A stretch of DNA of 45,026 bases from IMG/VR virus record IMGVR_UViG_3300016478_000220, positions 1 through 45,026 of that record, one strand, 5' to 3'. This DNA is from a virus (Duplodnaviria > Caudoviricetes). The notes below the pieces were generated by a model. That model was given only the letters and a program-made list of their open reading frames with translations, was not told where the DNA came from and made no database searches. The position numbers and the translations under genes were made by a program. Numbering within the stretch: position 1 is the first letter of the stretch; each line of letters opens with the position of its first letter. Below are positions 36,106 to 44,551 of this stretch, one piece after another.

Positions 36106-36327
36106 TTAAAGACTCCGGTAAATGTGAGTCGCCACGATGGATTTCGCGGTGAGGGTTTTGCTGCTACAGATAAGGCGACGTTCGGGAAAGCGGACGTGCC
36201 GGGGAAACTCCACCATCTGGCCGGTGAGGAAAAAGAGCCAGAGGGAGAGTCGCACCTTCCGGGCATGCGCCCGGTCGAGTGTCTTTTGCGTGGTGATGCG
36301 CACGCTGGAATTAGAGCGGGAGTTCAT
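36106..36327 (-). CDS. Basic hypothetical protein
   Basis: Start MNSRSN overlapping the upstream stop. Confidence 0.4.
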   Translation of the reverse strand: MNSRSNSSVRITTQKTLDRAHARKVRLSLWLFFLTGQMVEFPRHVRFPERRLICSSKTLTAKSIVATHIYRSL

Positions 36328-36775
36328 ATTGCTTATTCCGGCCAGTTGCTTGAATGGCAAAGTTGAAGCCGGGGATGCGGCATGCGGCGCATGCGCTGAC
36401 CGTTCGCCGGGGAAGATCGTCGTAGAAGATGGGCAGGTCTTCTCCGTGCTCCACTCCATACCCTTCAGGCCGGAGCCAGACGGACTTGGATGCGGCGTGG
36501 GAAAAGCGGTAAAGTTCCGCCCGGACGATCTTGTTAACGTGGCCGCAGCAGGTGCATTCCTGCTCTTCGATCTGGACAACGCGGGCCTCGGCAACCCAGT
36601 TGATGTAACCAGAATGCTCCACGTTCCAGGCTTGTGTGACGGTGAGGGGAATTGGCTCGGCGGCCTTTTTCGGCTTCGCTGGCGCTTTCGCCGGCTTCAT
36701 CCCGGCGAGGTTTGCCAACATGGTTTTCAGCATCTCGTCAGCTGAAAGAGGGACTTGTGGTAGGATCTCGGACAT
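36311..36775 (-). CDS. Zn-binding hypothetical protein
   Basis: CTCCGH and CAAC; AGGAG RBS and upstream promoter. Confidence 0.7.
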   Translation of the reverse strand: MSEILPQVPLSADEMLKTMLANLAGMKPAKAPAKPKKAAEPIPLTVTQAWNVEHSGYINWVAEARVVQIEEQECTCCGHVNKIVRAELYRFSHAASKSVWLRPEGYGVEHGEDLPIFYDDLPRRTVSACAACRIPGFNFAIQATGRNKQYELPL

Positions 36776-36823
36776 GATACTCTCCTGTATTGTTCAAGTC
36801 TGGGGTGTTCCCCATTAACTACA

Positions 36824-36852
36824 ATTATCCCACAATTATCCCAGCGGGGCAA
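36824..36852 (-). promoter_or_regulatory. Sigma70-type promoter (extended -10)
   Basis: TTGCCC-17 bp-TGgGATAAT; contains a direct repeat of ACAATTATCCC. Confidence 0.6.
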
Positions 36853-36872
36853 CCTATGAAGCGAGCGGAATA

Positions 36873-36906
36873 ATGGGCGGGTTAATTATTGTATTAACAT
36901 CCCCAT
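36873..36906. repeat. Dispersed 13-8-13 palindrome, copy 5
   Basis: ATGGGCGGGTTAA ttattgta TTAACATCCCCAT, 20 bp upstream of the -35 box. Confidence 0.85.
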
Positions 36907-36935
36907 GTTAACGCAACAACTAGCCCTGCACAAGT

Positions 36936-36960
36936 AAAAACCCCCGGATCGCTCCGGGGG
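36936..36960 (-). terminator. Intrinsic terminator
   Basis: CCCCCGGA-GCGA-TCCGGGGG-TTTTT on the - strand. Confidence 0.8.
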
Positions 36961-37008
36961 CAAACTCAGGGGGCCATGCCCGTCCCCCTTGGTTTAGGCG
37001 CTGGTGGG

Positions 37009-37527
37009 TCAGGTCAGCGCGGGGAGCTCGAGGCTGGCCGGGGTGGCCTTGGCCAGGGCTTCGGCGGCCTTGCGGGCGCGGATCTCGGCGATCTTCGCCT
37101 TGACAGCCGGGTGGGCGCGGAACTGCTTGCGGACCTCGTCGGTGGCCGCTTCGAGCGAGGCCTCGACCGTGGCGACGTCGATGCCCTGCAGCTCGGACAG
37201 AGCCTGGGCGAGTTCGCCGACCTTGGCGACGCCGGAGCCGGTGCGGGCGGCGTTGAATGTGCCGGATTGCAGGTTGTTGATGACCTTCTCGGCGCAGGCC
37301 GTACCGAAGGCGAAGTCGCCGCCGGCCGAGGCGTAGCTGTCGCCAATCTTCTGCATGGCGCCGTGGATCATCAGCTCGGTCTGGACCTCTTCGGACAGGG
37401 TGTCCAGGTCGATCGACAGGACGGTGCCGTTACCGAAGGTGAACGTGCAGACCTTGCCCTCGCTCGACTTCACGCAGAACTTCGGGGCCTTGGTGACTTC
37501 CGGGGTGGTGTTTTCAGCTTCCGACAT
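37009..37527 (-). CDS. Hypothetical protein, paralog of 27..539
   Basis: GAGGAG RBS, strongly biased codons, own terminator. Confidence 0.85.
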   Translation of the reverse strand: MSEAENTTPEVTKAPKFCVKSSEGKVCTFTFGNGTVLSIDLDTLSEEVQTELMIHGAMQKIGDSYASAGGDFAFGTACAEKVINNLQSGTFNAARTGSGVAKVGELAQALSELQGIDVATVEASLEAATDEVRKQFRAHPAVKAKIAEIRARKAAEALAKATPASLELPALT

Positions 37528-37670
37528 GGTAAATCTCCTCAGTGGATTAGGGCTTTAGCCCGGTTGGGAACTACGTATGGGTGAAACGAATGTGTATCTT
37601 CCACGAAACCCCGGAGCGTGTCAATCGCTGCGTCACGCTGTCGGGGTATGGGGGTTAGCCGGGGACGCCC

Positions 37671-37907
37671 TCATTTATGGAGAATGCGGACCAATTGCTG
37701 GTGGTAACGGATGAACAGGCGCCGGATGGCGTAGCCGCGAAGGACGCTGCTCACGAGGAAGATCAGTCCAATCCCGACGTTCTGGGACAGGGTGAAGACT
37801 GCCCCGAAGAAGGGAAAGATTATCAACTGCAGGCCGAGATTGAGGAAGTACCCAACCAGGGTCTGCGTCCAGGTCTCCACAAGGGAGAGGCGACGGGACT
37901 GAATCAT
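37671..37907 (-). CDS. Small two-TM phage membrane protein
   Basis: QSRRLSLVE...GY......IFPFFG...RGYAIRRLF; start MIQSRR. Confidence 0.65.
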   Translation of the reverse strand: MIQSRRLSLVETWTQTLVGYFLNLGLQLIIFPFFGAVFTLSQNVGIGLIFLVSSVLRGYAIRRLFIRYHQQLVRILHK

Positions 37908-38224
37908 GACTTTCCCTCCTGCGCGTTGACGCTCCTGATCGCGTCCATCAGTCGGACGCGGCATTCCTGCGCGGCTTCGAGCGGGGTCGCGTGCACGAAC
38001 GAGGACATGACCTCGAACTTGACGCCGGAGAGGGGGATGGCTACGTCAATGGCGACGTGCCAGCCCTGTTTCATCCGGAAGAGCTTGACCGCTCCCCAGC
38101 GATCCATTTCGAACAGGATCGCCTCGAGGTGGGAGGCGTCCCGGGTGACCTCGGGGAGTGGGGGAGCGGCGCGAGGAGTGTCGTCCGGGGACTGCTTCCC
38201 GAGAATGGTGGATATGAGACTCAC
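37904..38224 (-). CDS. Hypothetical protein
   Basis: ORF coupled to both neighbours. Confidence 0.6.
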   Translation of the reverse strand: MSLISTILGKQSPDDTPRAAPPLPEVTRDASHLEAILFEMDRWGAVKLFRMKQGWHVAIDVAIPLSGVKFEVMSSFVHATPLEAAQECRVRLMDAIRSVNAQEGKS

Positions 38225-38412
38225 AAGAGTTCTCCTTTCGTTTTGGTGGTGGAGGGAAACGGGATAACCTTGGCCCGGGGACGACTGGCGAGTTCGCGTT
38301 CCCGCTGCTCAGCCGTCTTCGGCCGGAACTTGCGGTAATTGCAGCAGTCGCACGGCTTGTACTCGTAGCCGCATTCCGCTTCCATCTCGCATATACCGCA
38401 GTGGCTGTTCAC
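38221..38412 (-). CDS. Cys-rich hypothetical protein
   Basis: CGIC, C, CDCC; coupled. Confidence 0.55.
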   Translation of the reverse strand: MNSHCGICEMEAECGYEYKPCDCCNYRKFRPKTAEQRERELASRPRAKVIPFPSTTKTKGELL

Positions 38413-39215
38413 GGCTGTTCCTTCCAGAGTTCGTCCCGCTCGCGCACAAGGGATTTCCGATGCTCGGAATTGTCGACTGGTGGGACTGGGGCTTGTTGTA
38501 TCGCCTGGGCTACAACCCGTTCAGCCGCGAGGGCTCGGGACTTCCAGCCTTCGACGCACCGGCGAAGCTGCTCAATTTCCTGCGCATTCTTGTTACTGGT
38601 GCTGTACCCGCACTGTTCAGGCGGATCGATGTCAAAGTCGAATATGTCCGGCTTCGGGCCAAGATCGAGGAAATGCGCCAACTCTGCGGCCACATAGCGT
38701 GCACGCCCTTCGATGGCATCGCTATAGACTTGGTGGCAATCCCACAAGACAGCGTCGGGGGATTTGGCGAGAAACACCATCCAGGTGATGCGCCCATTAC
38801 TTTCGTGCATGGAAGCCACTTTGACAGACAGAGTAGCTATGGGAGCCTCTTTCTTGGCGACTTCGGCTAGGCAGGCATCTGTCAAAGCATTACCAGTAGA
38901 TGGCGCCTGCAAAGGCGCTTCAACCTGCGCATTGATCTTGGCTTGCAGGGCGGCGCATTCGGCGCGGAGTTGTTCAATCTCGCTCGGGACGCCGGCACAG
39001 CGGGCCTCGATCATCCCCCAGACGACTTCGTATTCCGGCCAGTCATCAGCGACCACAACATACTGATGCTCTTTCTTTCCCTCTGCGAGGCGCCTTACCG
39101 CGATCATCTCGACATAGGAGTACAGCTGCCGCTTTTTGTCCTCGGGCAAATAGCGGCGAATATCATCCCACTTCAAGGCCAGAAAACGGTTCTCCCGGAT
39201 AAAGGGTGCGTTCAT
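38409..39215 (-). CDS. Mosaic early hypothetical protein
   Basis: ENRFLALK...YVVVADDWPEYE.VW.MIEAR N-terminal domain plus coiled segments. Confidence 0.7.
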   Translation of the reverse strand: MNAPFIRENRFLALKWDDIRRYLPEDKKRQLYSYVEMIAVRRLAEGKKEHQYVVVADDWPEYEVVWGMIEARCAGVPSEIEQLRAECAALQAKINAQVEAPLQAPSTGNALTDACLAEVAKKEAPIATLSVKVASMHESNGRITWMVFLAKSPDAVLWDCHQVYSDAIEGRARYVAAELAHFLDLGPKPDIFDFDIDPPEQCGYSTSNKNAQEIEQLRRCVEGWKSRALAAERVVAQAIQQAPVPPVDNSEHRKSLVRERDELWKEQP

Positions 39216-39349
39216 TTATGTCTCCAAAGGAAAAAGAAAAGCAAAGCGGCGAGAACGCCGAGACTGAAGGGGAGCCAGTGCTGGTCGATATACCCCAAAA
39301 CACTAGCTACCCCCACGATAAAGCTGAGAATCAGATTGAGTTCAGGCAT
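39212..39349 (-). CDS. 45-aa two-TM membrane peptide missing from the ORF track
   Basis: MPELNLILSFIVGVASVLGYIDQHWLPFSLGVLAALLFFFLWRHK; GGAGGAGG RBS; start and stop overlap neighbours. Confidence 0.6.
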   Translation of the reverse strand: MPELNLILSFIVGVASVLGYIDQHWLPFSLGVLAALLFFFLWRHK

Positions 39350-39663
39350 TATTCCTCCTCCAGGCGAGCTTCGAGCTCCTCAATGCGGGTCTGCAGCGCG
39401 TTGACCTGCTCTTCCAGGTTCTCGATCTGAATATCCGCCTGTTCCCGCATTTGCTCGTTGAGCCGGCGAAAGCTCTCAAACACGTCGGAGATGTTCTTGA
39501 AAAGCCTATCCCGGCGATCGGCTGCCTCATCGTGTCTGTGTGATATGGGAAGGAGGGGGCAGGCGTCCTCGATCAACGAATCGAAAGCGGAGAAGATTTC
39601 CTCCTGAGCTTGTGAGATGCCCGCGTCGATCTTGGGGCAGGTGTAGGGGAAGTTTAGGGGCAT
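39349..39663 (-). CDS. Coiled-coil hypothetical protein
   Basis: Start MPLNFPYTCPKID after GGAGG. Confidence 0.65.
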   Translation of the reverse strand: MPLNFPYTCPKIDAGISQAQEEIFSAFDSLIEDACPLLPISHRHDEAADRRDRLFKNISDVFESFRRLNEQMREQADIQIENLEEQVNALQTRIEELEARLEEE

Positions 39664-39667
39664 GGCG

Positions 39668-39892
39668 TTACCTCCTTTCCAACGCAAACAGGTGCCGCAG
39701 CCAGAGTTGCGCCCCGGCTTTGGTCAGGTGGTGGTCGTCGGTCGCTGCCCAATCCGGCCAGCATCCATCGAAGCCGGCAAGCCGAAGATGCTCACGCATT
39801 TCTTTGGTGCTTGGGGATCGGCAGCAGCCGTACATCAGCAAGAAGCTGCGCACGGCTTGGTTTTCGCCTTCGTCGTCGAGAAGTTCTTTCAT
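39668..39892 (-). CDS. Hypothetical protein
   Basis: Coupled ORF in the early operon. Confidence 0.6.
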   Translation of the reverse strand: MKELLDDEGENQAVRSFLLMYGCCRSPSTKEMREHLRLAGFDGCWPDWAATDDHHLTKAGAQLWLRHLFALERR

Positions 39893-40230
39893 GGCATCGC
39901 CCTCCCGATCTCAGCAGCAGCACGGAGGATGGCTAGGCGGGCGGCTGCAACGGGATCATCACCAACAGGCACGAGTGCCATAGTGGCAAGCAGTGTTCCC
40001 ACTGAAATTGCCCACTCCCCATCGTACAAACCGCGATTAATACTCAGGCCTTTACGCATCGCCAGCTCGAAGGCGTCCCCGCTGTTGTCGCGGGGGTTCC
40101 AGTATTCGTCATTGGAATAGCAATAGAACCCCTCGGGATGTACTGTGTCATTTCTATACAGCCCGCTCTTCCCCGCCGCCTTCGCAGCGAGGGTGAGTAG
40201 TTCGTGGGATTCTTTCTCGTTCATATACAT
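39889..40230 (-). CDS. Hypothetical phage protein
   Basis: LL.LAAKAAG...WNP..N.GDAF.LA...RLAI.RAAAEIG pattern common in phage early regions. Confidence 0.7.
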   Translation of the reverse strand: MYMNEKESHELLTLAAKAAGKSGLYRNDTVHPEGFYCYSNDEYWNPRDNSGDAFELAMRKGLSINRGLYDGEWAISVGTLLATMALVPVGDDPVAAARLAILRAAAEIGRAMP

Positions 40231-40231
40231 G

Positions 40232-40495
40232 CTATTTCTCCTCCAATGTAAGTGATGCTAGATCGACTAAACCGATAATCGGCCTTTCCTGCATGGCTGA
40301 CTTCAAGTAACTGGCCGTGGAGACTGGGTTCCCTTCTGCGTCGAACCCGATCAGGTGCGCGGCACTCTGCGTGACGGCCACCACAAGCCAGAACTCCGTC
40401 CCCGGCTTCCTTCCGCCCTTGGCTGGATAGATATTCCCCGGTAGTACGGCCATAGCTTGAGACATTCCCCGGCACAGGTTCAGGCTGAGTTTCAT
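40232..40495 (-). CDS. Hypothetical protein
   Basis: Start MKLSLN after GGAGGAG. Confidence 0.6.
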   Translation of the reverse strand: MKLSLNLCRGMSQAMAVLPGNIYPAKGGRKPGTEFWLVVAVTQSAAHLIGFDAEGNPVSTASYLKSAMQERPIIGLVDLASLTLEEK

Positions 40496-40701
40496 TTCTC
40501 CTCCTCCTTTTTCTTCTGCTGAGCTTGCAAAAGATCCCGCACGATGAAGACCTGCCGTACCTGGCAGGTATTCGGGGAGCAGCCCCAGATACCGGCGAAC
40601 TCGCACTTTTCCTCGAACTCGCACTTCTCCGGCTTGCACCAGATCAGCAGGAGTAGAAGACTCAGCACGAGAAGGGGAATTACCAGCCAGAGTGCGTTCA
40701 T
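40492..40701 (-). CDS. Small membrane-anchored Cys-rich protein
   Basis: Hydrophobic N-terminus; KCEF repeated twice. Confidence 0.5.
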   Translation of the reverse strand: MNALWLVIPLLVLSLLLLLIWCKPEKCEFEEKCEFAGIWGCSPNTCQVRQVFIVRDLLQAQQKKKEEEK

Positions 40702-40952
40702 TGCTTGATCCTCCAGTAAATCTTCCGGGTTCCGTTCTCCGCGCGGTACTCGAACTCTGTCTTCTGCTGGATTTCGTTATTCGTGCGGAAGAACTTGGTG
40801 ATGGAGTGGCGGTGACGGTGGAGCTTTTTCACCAAATCGTCCACGCCGTGCCACTGGCCATCCGAGAGGGCGTGGAGATAGCGTCCGACGGGGATGGCCT
40901 GGCGCCGGCTACCGCAGCCGCGCCCAATGCCGGGACGTTTTGACTTGCTCAT
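40698..40952 (-). CDS. Basic, possibly winged-helix protein
   Basis: ALSDGQWHGVDDL helix pattern and terminal beta-hairpin. Confidence 0.55.
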   Translation of the reverse strand: MSKSKRPGIGRGCGSRRQAIPVGRYLHALSDGQWHGVDDLVKKLHRHRHSITKFFRTNNEIQQKTEFEYRAENGTRKIYWRIKQ

Positions 40953-41401
40953 TTGTCCTCCTTGTCGAGTGGGTAAAGGGAAGAGAGAAGATCCTCCACG
41001 TTGTCTGTGGGGGAGAGGGGAGCGGGGGACTGGCTCGGGCGGGTTTCGCTCTGGGCTGGCGCGGAACCGCTTCCCGGGAGGCCGGGAATGCTATCCATCC
41101 AGTCCGCGTCCCCTCCTGTCCGGGACGGCCGGGGAAGCCCTTGGCGCGTATAATTCGTGGAGATTTCCACAAAGTACTCCTCGTTCTCCCCCGCCTTGGG
41201 CTTGGCCGAGTGGAGCATGGCCTCGTCCGGCATCCCTTGCTCCTTCGCGTACTGGACGTGGCAGCGATTCAGCCCCACGGCGAGGTTCAAGGCTTTCCCC
41301 TTGGGCATCGGGCCGAGGGAGATAGGGTAGGCGGATTCCGGCTGATTGAGGAAGAGGGACTCGAACAACTTCCAGGTTTTGGTGGATTTACTGTATGCCA
41401 T
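40949..41401 (-). CDS. Hypothetical protein
   Basis: Coupled ORF. Confidence 0.6.
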   Translation of the reverse strand: MAYSKSTKTWKLFESLFLNQPESAYPISLGPMPKGKALNLAVGLNRCHVQYAKEQGMPDEAMLHSAKPKAGENEEYFVEISTNYTRQGLPRPSRTGGDADWMDSIPGLPGSGSAPAQSETRPSQSPAPLSPTDNVEDLLSSLYPLDKEDK

Positions 41402-41789
41402 GTTGTTCTTTCAGAGTTGCGATACGGTCGAGGAGCCAGAGCTGGCGGGCGCGGATGTCAGTAATCACGTCGTCGTAGATGCCCTCCTGCCTGACTTTGG
41501 CGATGTATTTTTGCTCACTCAGCACCCCCAAGAGGGTGGCCTCCTTGTAGACTTTCAGGAGGCTCTTGATGAAGGCTCTCAGGGTAGGAGCGGCCGGGTG
41601 CTTGTCGAAGGGGGGATCGGAGAGGATATGGCAGAGGAAGACCTGCTCATATTCCTTGTCGGGGGCATCTGGTCCCTCGGCATAGATACGCCGGAGGCGC
41701 TCTTCGTAGTGCTGGACGAGTTGCGTCAGCAGGTCGATCACGGCCTCTTTGTTCGGGTGAGCGGGGATGCGGAGGTGATAGCTGAGCAT
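41388..41789 (-). CDS. Hypothetical protein, tandem paralog 1
   Basis: Aligns by eye with 41799..42197. Confidence 0.75.
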   Translation of the reverse strand: MLSYHLRIPAHPNKEAVIDLLTQLVQHYEERLRRIYAEGPDAPDKEYEQVFLCHILSDPPFDKHPAAPTLRAFIKSLLKVYKEATLLGVLSEQKYIAKVRQEGIYDDVITDIRARQLWLLDRIATLKEQHGIQ

Positions 41790-41798
41790 GGTTGGCTC

Positions 41799-42197
41799 CT
41801 AGGGTTGGCCGGGAAAGTTGGCGAGTAGGTCGGTAATCCACATCTTGCGTAACTTAACCTCAGTTTTGGCGTCTGCCTGAGTCTCTAATGAGATTAGCCT
41901 AGGATACTCCAACGCGCGAAACACAGACCAAAGCGTGTCACTTCCGCTGATATAGAGAAGCTGGTCAATGTACTCCAGCATGTACGGTGTAGCGTGGTGC
42001 TTCCCGAAGGCCTCGGAGTTCAGCACAAAGCAGAGGAAAATCTGATCATACTGGGACGAATCGTCCCCCTCGTCCCCCTCGTCCCAGTTTTCCAGTGCCT
42101 TCGTCTTCTCCTCGTAATAGGCAAGGAGCTGGTTTAGCAGGCTTCGCATTGCTTTAGTGGAAGGGAGGCGAGGCACTTCAAGATATAAATTAGCCAT
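41799..42197 (-). CDS. Hypothetical protein, tandem paralog 2
   Basis: Start MANLYL; shares Y.Q.FLC..L....F.KH.A.P, TL..V and R..W..D with 41388..41789. Confidence 0.75.
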   Translation of the reverse strand: MANLYLEVPRLPSTKAMRSLLNQLLAYYEEKTKALENWDEGDEGDDSSQYDQIFLCFVLNSEAFGKHHATPYMLEYIDQLLYISGSDTLWSVFRALEYPRLISLETQADAKTEVKLRKMWITDLLANFPGQP

Positions 42198-42198
42198 G

Positions 42199-42627
42199 TT
42201 AATACCCCTTACAAAAGGGGAGGGGCTTTTTCCCGGCGAGGTCGCGCGCAATAATGCGCTTTTGGAGCGCGCGCAGCCACTTGATCCGGCGGGTGAAGCC
42301 CTCGGATTTCTCCCAGATATCGGAGTCCCAGCCGTGTTTCTCCTTGAACTTGTACATACCAAGGACCAAGTTCAATGTCTCCCGGTCGTGGTGCACTCGC
42401 GGGATATGGGCAGGGTATCGATACTGACGAATCCGGTGATAGATGTAGCTCTTCAGCCAGGCGCGTTCTGCCTTGAACTTCATAATGCTGGTCATGTGGA
42501 AGCAGATAGACCGCGTGCGCACAAGCGGCGCAATCAGCGGGGAATCACGATGCCGCTCCAACTCCGTGCACAGCTGGTCGATCAGCTGGAGCAGATCGAG
42601 TATGGACACTTCTTGCTTCTCATTCAT
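42199..42627 (-). CDS. Hypothetical protein, possible distant third paralog
   Basis: SICFHM, TLNLVL, RIKWLRAL; AAGGA RBS. Confidence 0.65.
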   Translation of the reverse strand: MNEKQEVSILDLLQLIDQLCTELERHRDSPLIAPLVRTRSICFHMTSIMKFKAERAWLKSYIYHRIRQYRYPAHIPRVHHDRETLNLVLGMYKFKEKHGWDSDIWEKSEGFTRRIKWLRALQKRIIARDLAGKKPLPFCKGY

Positions 42628-42715
42628 TTCAATTCCTTTCTCAAAAGCATGGGTGGACAGACTCGGGCCTCACCTCCGGGAGAACCCCCTTCGGTGAGGC
42701 CGCGCTTCGCGCTGG

Positions 42716-43009
42716 TTATGCGGGGGAGGCCCAGGGGATTAGCGTCAGTCCCTCTTCGAGAGCGGTCACGGTCTCCTCGGACAGGGCGGGGAGGATGGAC
42801 GGGTACGCCTGGCGGTATTCCGTTATATCTGCGGGGAGCGTGATAACCCCTCCCGGATGGCGGAAGGGAAGCTGCCTTACCTCGAGCAACTCCACGCCGG
42901 GCGGCTCGCCGGGGGACTCGGGAGTGGCCTCGACGCCGGGGAGGAAGTTGAACTCCACCTCGACCACGGCTTCAGTCCCGGGGAGGAATGCGCTGGCTGT
43001 GACGATCAT
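42716..43009 (-). CDS. Hypothetical protein
   Basis: Start MIVTAS overlapping the upstream stop. Confidence 0.55.
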   Translation of the reverse strand: MIVTASAFLPGTEAVVEVEFNFLPGVEATPESPGEPPGVELLEVRQLPFRHPGGVITLPADITEYRQAYPSILPALSEETVTALEEGLTLIPWASPA

Positions 43010-43461
43010 GCTTTTCTCCGGAGAAGGGGGGTGACGGCGCGGAGCCACTGTTCCACCGGGCGCTTGGAGTCCGGCTGGCCGATGTTGGTGAGATTCGCGG
43101 CCTGTGCCCGGGAGAGCTGCTCAATCAGGCCGGGGAAGTCCCGGGGAGGCTTGAGGCGCTCCACGCGGAAGAAGGCGTACCCGGTCCAGGCCCAGCCATA
43201 CACCTCGTCCGTGAAAGGCTGGGCGAGGGCTTTGAGCCGAGGCTGCGCATAGCGGGGATAGGTTCGGCCGAGATGCTTGATCCAGGCCTGGGACAGCTCC
43301 TCGGCGAGGTCGAAGAGGAAGTCGTCCCGGTCCGGGCACCTGGTCGGGACCGGATACTTGGAGAGGTACTCGGCGAGGGCGATCGCCTGGGGAAAGAACT
43401 TGTGCGAGATGGGGGTGGCGACGGCCGGGGACGGACTGACGCTTTCTGTCTCTTCATTCAT
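43006..43461 (-). CDS. Hypothetical protein
   Basis: AGGAG RBS; 151 aa. Confidence 0.65.
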   Translation of the reverse strand: MNEETESVSPSPAVATPISHKFFPQAIALAEYLSKYPVPTRCPDRDDFLFDLAEELSQAWIKHLGRTYPRYAQPRLKALAQPFTDEVYGWAWTGYAFFRVERLKPPRDFPGLIEQLSRAQAANLTNIGQPDSKRPVEQWLRAVTPLLRRKA

Positions 43462-43520
43462 GGCATGGCTCCTGTGGAATGGGCTGGCGCAGGGCGTGAT
43501 GCGGCTGCGCAGAGCGGGGG

Positions 43521-44120
43521 TTAGTTGATCGAGTCGGTGCCGGGGACGAGCGTGAGGATGCGGACGCGGCGAGCGCGAGAGCTGCCGGGGATGAGCGACT
43601 TCCCCTCGCCCCGGAAGAACTCCTTATTCGCGGCGAAGAACGGCCCCATGTTCTCGCCTTCCCGGACGAGCTCGTCTACCATGCTGAAGTCCTTCCCGTC
43701 CACCTGATCCACGATGGGACTGGACTGGAGGCTGCGCAGAGCGGAGAGGATGTGGGCCATGATCCGCTTATTCGAGGAGTTCTCCCCGTGATTTTTCTCC
43801 TCGAAGGCGGCGAAGGTCAGGCCGTCCGTCTCGTAAAAGACCCAGCCATACACGAACAACTCGTGCTTGGCGTAAGTCTTCCCGTATTCATCGTAGGTAA
43901 GCTCGACGACTTCCCAGGGAAGGGAGTGCTGTTCCTGCAGGACCTCCAGCAAGTGATAGTCCCGGGACGAGCAGAAGCTCCCGTACGTGCCGAAGATGTC
44001 GTTGAGGTCCTGCGGGGGATGAGTGTCGTTGGTGTAAGCCTGGTAAAGCTCCGCCACGGCGATCAGGCCGGAGAGGAACTGGGCGAAGGTAGTGCGCGGG
44101 TAGCCGGGGAGGGTTTCCAT
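43521..44120 (-). CDS. First early gene, hypothetical
   Basis: Start reassigned to METLPG (GGAG RBS, promoter just upstream). Confidence 0.7.
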   Translation of the reverse strand: METLPGYPRTTFAQFLSGLIAVAELYQAYTNDTHPPQDLNDIFGTYGSFCSSRDYHLLEVLQEQHSLPWEVVELTYDEYGKTYAKHELFVYGWVFYETDGLTFAAFEEKNHGENSSNKRIMAHILSALRSLQSSPIVDQVDGKDFSMVDELVREGENMGPFFAANKEFFRGEGKSLIPGSSRARRVRILTLVPGTDSIN

Positions 44121-44156
44121 GGAATAAGCTCCGGGAAGGGGGTGGATGGAATGGGA

Positions 44157-44185
44157 AAAATACCACAACTCCCCCAGCTTGGCAA
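44157..44185 (-). promoter_or_regulatory. Early sigma70-type promoter
   Basis: TTGCCA-17 bp-TGgTATTTT. Confidence 0.55.
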
Positions 44186-44208
44186 CATGGGGGTGAAGTG
44201 GGAGGGAG

Positions 44209-44337
44209 AATGGGCTGAATGGCCAATGAAATCCAATGAAATCCAATGACGTCCAATGGCTCGCGGTAGGTGGCGAATGGCTCGCGGTAGGTGGCGAATG
44301 ATGGCGAATGATGCACAATCATTCCAATCGTTCAATG
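44209..44337 (+). repeat. Phased (C/G)AAT(G/C) repeat array, left arm
   Basis: AATG/AATC at mostly 10- or 21-bp intervals, including an exact 21-bp duplication. Confidence 0.8.
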
Positions 44338-44371
44338 ACTTTGGGGTGACCCCCCCATTCCCCCGGATATA

Positions 44372-44405
44372 ATGGGCCGGTTAACTCCCGAATTAATCCG
44401 ACCAT
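44372..44405. repeat. Dispersed 13-8-13 palindrome, copy 6
   Basis: ATGGGCCGGTTAA ctcccgaa TTAATCCGACCAT. Confidence 0.8.
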
Positions 44406-44437
44406 GTTCCCTCCTTAGTTCCCCCTATCTTCTTATT

Positions 44438-44458
44438 AAAAAAAAAAAAAAAAAAAAA
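44438..44458 (+). repeat. A21 homopolymer
   Basis: 21 consecutive A; the exact length may be a sequencing artefact. Confidence 0.8.
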
Positions 44459-44551
44459 TCTCCTTAGTATAGTACCTAAGGGACTATATGGGTTAAGGGG
44501 GGAAATAAAGGGGGACAAAATATCGGGGGATGGGTGGGGGGTAGCCAAAGT

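Noticed and set aside
44475-44492. GACTATATGGG resembling a T7-type promoter end
   Set aside because: Single copy, upstream part does not match, and no single-subunit RNA polymerase is encoded
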